Position numbers and translations under genes: made by a program. Positions 59,263 through 64,000 of a DNA stretch of 64,000 nucleotides are shown here, piece after piece. This stretch comes from a virus, in the IMG/VR virus record IMGVR_UViG_3300005573_000060, positions 1 to 64,000 of that record; one strand, written 5' to 3'. The notes below the pieces were generated by a model, which ran no database searches, was not told the DNA's origin, and was given only the letters and a program-made list of their open reading frames with translations. The number at the start of each line of letters is the position of its first letter. Position 1 is the stretch's first letter.

Positions 59263-60699
59263 AAATTAACAATAATTTATGATAAAAAACATAAAAAATA
59301 TAATTTTCTTTAATATATATTTTATATTATATAATTATTTGAAGTTTCATATAGTTAAAGTAATAACGAAGTGAAAACGATTAAGCTTCCATATAAATCA
59401 TCTGAAGATTTAATACCTATACTTAAACAATATTCATCTGTTGTTAGGTATAGTTATAATCGTTTTCTTGATAATAAAACAGAAAAAGAAATTAGACATT
59501 TAACTAAATCATTAAGTAACATTAATTTATTAAATTCTTGGTTGGTTCAATGCGCAATTAAAGATGGTAAAGCAATTCATGCACGTTCTGGAAATAAAAA
59601 AGTTATATTTGGAGAAAAGAAAAATTTCATCTTAAGATGTCGAGGTAAAATATCAAAGGAAGAATATGAACTTAAAAGACTAATTCCTATAAATATTCAA
59701 GGTGAAGCACTTAATCAAGGAAATCGTTCATTTAAGTTAGATATGATTGAAAACAACCAAATCATCTTTAAATTAAATAGGAACAAACATATTGAATTAA
59801 AATTGCCTAAATTAAGAAACAATATAAAGAATGAATTATTCAAGCTTCAACAACTTAATGAAGTTAAATACCAAAAAGGATATACTTATTCAATTAGGCT
59901 TGATTTAGAATATATCTATATAACTTTTGAAGAATTTAAAAATGAAAAGGTTAGAAATTTAAATGAAAACAGATACTTGGGCATTGATTTAAATCCAGAT
60001 ACAATTGGAATTTCAGTTTTAGATAGTGGAAATGTTATTCATACTCAAGAATTTAGTTTGAAACAAATATTTAACAAAATTTTAAATGAAAAACTAAGTT
60101 CAAACTCAAGTAGAATGAAATATTTTCAAAACAAATTAAAGTTTGAAACATTTGAGATAAGTAAATCAATATCTAAATTAGCAAAACAATTTAATTGTAA
60201 ATCAGTTTTTGTTGAAGATTTACATTTTAAAGGTTCTTCAACAATAAAAATATCAAATAGAAAAAACAAAAATCTTTGGAAGAGAGGTTTATTTATCAAC
60301 AGCTTAACTAAAAGATTAAACGTAGAAGGAATTAAACTCTATTCAGTTAATCCAGCTTACTCAAGTTTCATTGGAAATTTACAGTATGATTATACAGATG
60401 CAGTAAATGCTTCAATTGAAATTGCAAGGCGCGGATTTGAATATAGAGTAAAGAAAAACAAGAAAGCATTCTATCCAGATCTATTGGTAAAACACCAATG
60501 GAAGGAAATGGCTGCCAAGTTCAATGATTGGAAAGAATTCTTTCTTGAAATAAAAAACTTGAAATTGAAATATCGGGTTTCATTAAATGAATGCTTTCAT
60601 AAATTTAATGTTTTTCAGCAAAATTCAAGTCATAAGAGCATGATTCTAAATTATGTTTTTTATGATTAATTATTTAATTTATTGAATTTTGTATTTTAA
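59263..60699 (+). mobile_element. Non-autonomous tnpB element, copy 2
   Basis: Ends shared with copy 1, TTAA at both junctions, no tnpA remnant. Confidence 0.8.
59371..60669 (+). CDS. tnpB: TnpB RNA-guided nuclease, paralog of 32178..33476
   Basis: Same length (432 aa), intact RuvC D/E/D residues, GTG start. Confidence 0.9.
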   Translation: MKTIKLPYKSSEDLIPILKQYSSVVRYSYNRFLDNKTEKEIRHLTKSLSNINLLNSWLVQCAIKDGKAIHARSGNKKVIFGEKKNFILRCRGKISKEEYELKRLIPINIQGEALNQGNRSFKLDMIENNQIIFKLNRNKHIELKLPKLRNNIKNELFKLQQLNEVKYQKGYTYSIRLDLEYIYITFEEFKNEKVRNLNENRYLGIDLNPDTIGISVLDSGNVIHTQEFSLKQIFNKILNEKLSSNSSRMKYFQNKLKFETFEISKSISKLAKQFNCKSVFVEDLHFKGSSTIKISNRKNKNLWKRGLFINSLTKRLNVEGIKLYSVNPAYSSFIGNLQYDYTDAVNASIEIARRGFEYRVKKNKKAFYPDLLVKHQWKEMAAKFNDWKEFFLEIKNLKLKYRVSLNECFHKFNVFQQNSSHKSMILNYVFYD

Positions 60700-60776
60700 C
60701 TTATTTGGTGGATATAAGTTGCATGCATATATAAATTCTTGTTGAGAAATTTCCATAAGCTTTTATTTTATTTATT

Positions 60777-61673
60777 TCAATAGAGTTTTCTTTTTCTTAT
60801 AAATAAAATTGCAATTATACTAATTAAGAATGATAACAAAACAATAAAGGGAAATGCATTTTCATAAGATTCTAAATAATTATGAATATTCATTCCAAAA
60901 TAACTAGCTATTAAGGTAGGTATCATTAAAATAATTGACATTAAAGTTAATTGTTTCATTATAACATTCAAATTATTTGATATAACAGAAGCAAATGCAT
61001 CCATCATTCCGCTTAATATATTAGAATATATTTCTGCCATTTCCTGAGCTTGTTTGCTTTCAATCATAGCCTCTTCCATTAAATCTTCATCATATTTTTT
61101 TGTATTCTTTAATCTTAATAAAACTATTTCATTAGATTTGATTGATGTTATGAAGTAAACTAAGCATTTTTCCATTTTAAGTAATTCGCTCAGTTCCTTA
61201 TTTTTAATAGATTTCTCTATATCACGTTCTATTTCTGTAGTTTTTATGTTTATTTGCTTTAAATATTTCAAATACATAAAACTTGAACGAATGAACAAAG
61301 ATAAGATAAAATCATAACTGTTTGTAGGATATATTTTCCGTTTAAATGAAAATATGTCTATACGCTTACTACATATTGTTATGGTGTATTCATCTTTTAT
61401 AAATATTCCAAGAGGAATAGTAATATATGGCACTCCATTTTCGAGTGTTTCTAGAGGCACCCTAATAATTACTAATGTATAATCTTCATCTATTTCTATA
61501 CGAGGCATCTCATCTGTATCCAATATATCTTGTATGCTATCGTATGGAAGATTAAATTTATTAACTAATTTTTGTATCTCTAATTGATTTGGGTCAATAA
61601 CGTTTATCCAACATTTGTCTTGTATGTTAGCTATTTCATCTGAAAGTTTAAATGATTTATATATTTTTATCAT
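60777..61673 (-). CDS. corA: CorA-family magnesium transporter
   Basis: CWINVIDP..DILDTDEMPRIE and two C-terminal TM helices with YFGMN. Confidence 0.9.
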   Translation of the reverse strand: MIKIYKSFKLSDEIANIQDKCWINVIDPNQLEIQKLVNKFNLPYDSIQDILDTDEMPRIEIDEDYTLVIIRVPLETLENGVPYITIPLGIFIKDEYTITICSKRIDIFSFKRKIYPTNSYDFILSLFIRSSFMYLKYLKQINIKTTEIERDIEKSIKNKELSELLKMEKCLVYFITSIKSNEIVLLRLKNTKKYDEDLMEEAMIESKQAQEMAEIYSNILSGMMDAFASVISNNLNVIMKQLTLMSIILMIPTLIASYFGMNIHNYLESYENAFPFIVLLSFLISIIAILFIRKRKLY

Positions 61674-61716
61674 TATGTCATAGTAACGTTATTTTATATA
61701 TTTAATTGAGATTATG

Positions 61717-61800
61717 AGCCGACAGAGGGATTCGAACCCCCGATGCGTTTTATCATCCAGTTTACAAAACTGGCCCAGTCGACCGCTGTGGCATGTCGGC
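61717..61800 (-). tRNA. trnT: tRNA-Thr(UGU) with class II-like long variable region
   Basis: Acceptor GCCGACA/TGTCGGC, anticodon arm CCAGT-TTTGTAA-ACTGG, 15-nt variable region, T-arm GGGGG-TTCGAAT-CCCTC. Confidence 0.8.
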
Positions 61801-61857
61801 ATTCTATAGTAAATATATTCTTGATTGTCTTTTTCTCTAATATACTTTAAAAAAAGC

Positions 61858-62112
61858 TTAAAGAAGTTTCACTTTATCGACATCTGAAGAAATACTTCTC
61901 CACTCATTTTTATCTAAATCGAAATACTTCAGATTTTTATAATTACTAGAATTATCTTTTGGAAGCATCTCTGGAGGAATATATTCTTCGCATAGTGTTC
62001 CATGAGCATCTCTAAGAGAACCATCTTTCTTTTTATATTGAAAATGAAGTTTTTCTTTCGAAAGTCTTTCTCTCAATTTTTCAATTGTGATGTTTTTTGT
62101 TTTCATACGCAA
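61858..62112 (-). CDS. SH3-fold (WYL_2-like) small protein
   Basis: FQYKKKDGSLRDAHGTL..YFDLDKNEWRS. Confidence 0.7.
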   Translation of the reverse strand: MRMKTKNITIEKLRERLSKEKLHFQYKKKDGSLRDAHGTLCEEYIPPEMLPKDNSSNYKNLKYFDLDKNEWRSISSDVDKVKLL

Positions 62113-62116
62113 AAAT

Positions 62117-62365
62117 TTAGTCTATTTTATCATTTTCAATATTATTGATATTGAATCTTTTCATTATTCTAGCTTTTGTAAGATCATACGGGCTCATTTC
62201 CAATTGAACAATATCACCTGGAATAATTTGTATAGAGTTCATACGGATTTTTCCTGAAAGATGAGCAATTACAACATGCCCATTATCGAGTCTTGCTCTA
62301 AATAGAGAGTTACCAAGAGCTTCTATTATTTCTCCTTTAACTTTAAGATTTAATTGTTTAGACAT
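62117..62365 (-). CDS. infA: Translation initiation factor IF-1
   Basis: GEIIEALGNSLFRARLDNGH..AHLSGKIR..IIPGD.V.LEMSPYDLTKARI. Probable start is the ATG at 62365. Confidence 0.9.
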   Translation of the reverse strand: MSKQLNLKVKGEIIEALGNSLFRARLDNGHVVIAHLSGKIRMNSIQIIPGDIVQLEMSPYDLTKARIMKRFNINNIENDKID

Positions 62366-62381
62366 TAGAATAAATTTTATA

Positions 62382-62391
62382 TGCAAATATA
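62382..62391 (-). promoter_or_regulatory. Bacteroidota-type -7 promoter element (TATATTTGCA)
   Basis: TAnnTTTG match about 17 nt upstream of the infA start. Confidence 0.6.
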
Positions 62392-62418
62392 ATAAAATTT
62401 CTTAAATAAAAAAAATTT

Positions 62419-63012
62419 TTAGTAACTTTTTTCAATATATTTTATAAGTTTTTCTATATTATCATCCGCTCCTTTACCAAATATGTTTTTTCTTGTTTTT
62501 AAGAACTCAATTCTTTTTTTCTTATATTCTTCGGGAGAAACAAATAAGTATTCTTTACGTATTAATGATTCATATTCAACAAGATTTTCAAAACTTTTGT
62601 TAAAGATGTTATTGTCTGCATTCCAGAATATTCTTTGCAATTTATCTGATGGGGGCTTATTATATTTTATGCAATTGATCAATTCTTTAACTGTATTCAA
62701 CATTTTAGGATCATGTTTTTTAAATGATTTCTCAAAAAATTTTATAGATTTATCTTCATTGTCATCTCTTCTTGGGTCATATACAACATCGTGAAAAAAT
62801 GATGCTAATAGTAATGCATGTTTTTCATACACGTTCAATAGAGTGAACTCGGGATTGTTTTCCATATATCTTATAACATCAATTAAATGATTGATCGTAT
62901 GATAAAATCGATGTCTTTGGAGCCATGCTGATGATATAATATCAAAAGTATTTTCATGAATATAATAATCTAATATACTCTTGAAACTCATGAATGGATT
63001 TACCATATACAA
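62419..63012 (-). CDS. HD-superfamily phosphohydrolase
   Basis: RFYHTINHL and FFHDVVYDP..NEDKS. Confidence 0.75.
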   Translation of the reverse strand: MYMVNPFMSFKSILDYYIHENTFDIISSAWLQRHRFYHTINHLIDVIRYMENNPEFTLLNVYEKHALLLASFFHDVVYDPRRDDNEDKSIKFFEKSFKKHDPKMLNTVKELINCIKYNKPPSDKLQRIFWNADNNIFNKSFENLVEYESLIRKEYLFVSPEEYKKKRIEFLKTRKNIFGKGADDNIEKLIKYIEKSY

Positions 63013-63017
63013 AGATT

Positions 63018-63275
63018 TTACTCTTTTTCGAGATCTTTGAGTTCTTTCAGTTCTTCTTCAAGATATATATTCATCATCATTAGAATCATCTGAAAATTTT
63101 CATCTTGACATTCTTGGCATATACCACTTATTTCATATTCTTTTCGAGATCTCTCATCTCTAAATTCGTTCTTATCAATTTTTTTACCACAAATTGGGCA
63201 TTTTTCATTTTCAACAGCTTCTACTTCTTTTTTGAATCCAAGATCAATCAGATTCTTTTTTGTTGAATCTTTCAT
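63018..63275 (-). CDS. Small zinc-finger protein
   Basis: CPICGK..EYEISGICQECQD. Confidence 0.55.
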   Translation of the reverse strand: MKDSTKKNLIDLGFKKEVEAVENEKCPICGKKIDKNEFRDERSRKEYEISGICQECQDENFQMILMMMNIYLEEELKELKDLEKE

Positions 63276-63339
63276 AAGATTTATATTTATTTTTATATTT
63301 ATTTACTTGTAAATAGTTTTACAAATTTATCTCTTTACG

Positions 63340-63412
63340 TGACCCGAGTGAGATTCGAACTCACAGCTTATAGTTTAGAAGACTATTACTCTATCCATTG
63401 AGTTATCGGGCC
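63340..63412 (-). tRNA. trnR: tRNA-Arg(UCU)
   Basis: Cloverleaf with anticodon loop CT-TCT-AA. Confidence 0.9.
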
Positions 63413-63419
63413 ATTAAAG

Positions 63420-63492
63420 TTGCGGGAAAAGGATTCGAACCTTTGTCTTTGGCTTATGAGACCAAGCTGGTACCACTCCAGTCTATCCCGCA
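63420..63492 (-). tRNA. trnM: tRNA-Met(CAU), initiator-like acceptor stem
   Basis: TGCGGGA/TCCCGCA-A acceptor and loop CT-CAT-AA. The anticodon stem lacks the full GGG/CCC run. Confidence 0.75.
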
Positions 63493-63527
63493 ATGTTTAA
63501 AAATTGAGTTTTTATTAAAAATTTTTG

Positions 63528-63598
63528 CGTTCCCTCCGAGACTTGAACTCAGAACAAAGGCTTAACAGGCCATTGTGATACCATTTCACCAAGGGAAC
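63528..63598 (-). tRNA. trnN: tRNA-Asn(GUU)
   Basis: Loop CT-GTT-AA and discriminator G73. Confidence 0.85.
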
Positions 63599-63603
63599 AT
63601 TAG

Positions 63604-63676
63604 CGGGCGCTGAGGAATTCGAATCCTATCCTTGGGTGTGACAAACCCATATGCTAACCATTACACCACAACGCCC
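63604..63676 (-). tRNA. trnD: tRNA-Asp(GUC)
   Basis: TGGGT-TTGTCAC-ACCCA anticodon arm and G73. Confidence 0.85.
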
Positions 63677-63685
63677 AAATATTTG

Positions 63686-63760
63686 TTCCTCTGATGGGAC
63701 TTGAACCCATAACCGCCTCTTTATAAGAGAGGTGCGCTAACCAACTTGCGCCACAGAGGA
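63686..63760 (-). tRNA. trnI: tRNA-Ile(UAU)
   Basis: CCTCT-CTTATAA-AGAGG anticodon arm and A73. Confidence 0.85.
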
Positions 63761-63771
63761 TGTCTTATTCG

Positions 63772-63843
63772 TTCTTCCGATGGGACTTGAACCCATAACC
63801 GCCTCCTTATCAGAGAGGAGCGCTACCATTGCGCTACGGAAGA
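63772..63843 (-). tRNA. trnI: tRNA-Ile(GAU)
   Basis: CCTCT-CTGATAA-GGAGG anticodon arm and A73. Confidence 0.9.
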
Positions 63844-63859
63844 GTACTCTAAGTTTATG

Positions 63860-63932
63860 TGGAGCCGAGGGTAATCGAAACCCTACCTGAACAGTGCAAA
63901 TGTTCCGTGCTAGCCATTATCACTACGACCCC
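63860..63932 (-). tRNA. trnA: tRNA-Ala(UGC)
   Basis: Loop TT-TGC-AC and the G3:U70 identity pair. Confidence 0.9.
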
Positions 63933-63939
63933 AACTTTG

Positions 63940-64000
63940 CAGGCTGTATCCGAATCGAACAGATATCTTATGATTTGGAGTCATAAATTTTACCATTAAA
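63940..64000 (-). tRNA. trnW: tRNA-Trp(CCA), 5' end cut by window edge
   Basis: TATGA-CTCCAAA-TCATA anticodon arm, with T-arm and 3' acceptor strand present. Confidence 0.8.

Noticed and set aside
72-62794. Short antisense or nested ORFs in the ORF track (e.g. 72..305, 2299..2493, 6142..6357, 12414..12728, 18255..18647, 19078..19356, 36862..37110, 54525..54782, 62483..62794)
   Set aside because: They are shadows of well-supported genes on the other strand or frame and carry no motifs.
56909-63760. Agmatidine pathway linking arginine decarboxylase to tRNA-Ile
   Set aside because: Agmatidine needs TiaS and a CAU anticodon on an Ile body. No TiaS is visible, and the extra Ile tRNA is UAU.
1-64000. 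Stop-codon reassignment (code 15 or 4)
   Set aside because: Standard code 11 gives long, tightly packed genes with intact motifs, and no suppressor tRNA is among the nine found.

Overview
AT-rich 64 kb segment of a T4-like jumbo myophage. It carries homologues of major capsid gp23, prohead protease gp21, neck gp13, baseplate gp6/gp25 and a tail tube-like gene. The host is probably Bacteroidota, based on TAnnTTTG promoters, a Bacteroidota-type S1 N-terminus, BACON domains and A-rich starts without Shine-Dalgarno sites. Layout: (1) 1-2.7 kb, tandem split N6-adenine methyltransferase cassettes interrupted by an HTH+HNH homing-endonuclease insert; (2) 2.9-34.1 kb, baseplate, neck and tail genes, including a 10x46-aa LRR protein with variable binding-face residues, collagen and BACON fibres, an S1-like protein and a TnpB element inserted in a structural gene; (3) 34.2-38.6 kb, RuvC-like nuclease, cupin, SET domain and acidic putative internal-head proteins; (4) 39-51.6 kb, a translationally coupled glycosyltransferase/methyltransferase operon that starts with a T4 alpha-glucosyltransferase homologue, contains a capsid-fold paralog and ends at a terminator shared with the capsid gene; (5) 51.7-55.9 kb, capsid and protease-scaffold; (6) 56-64 kb, auxiliary genes (def, arginine decarboxylase, gmk, corA, infA, HD protein), a second TnpB element and nine tRNAs. 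Best candidate for a new system: a D-x-S tripeptide strongly over-represented in peripheral tail/baseplate proteins, which together with the glycosylation operon suggests phage-encoded virion protein glycosylation. All homology calls come from motif recognition by eye, and all counts are hand counts.
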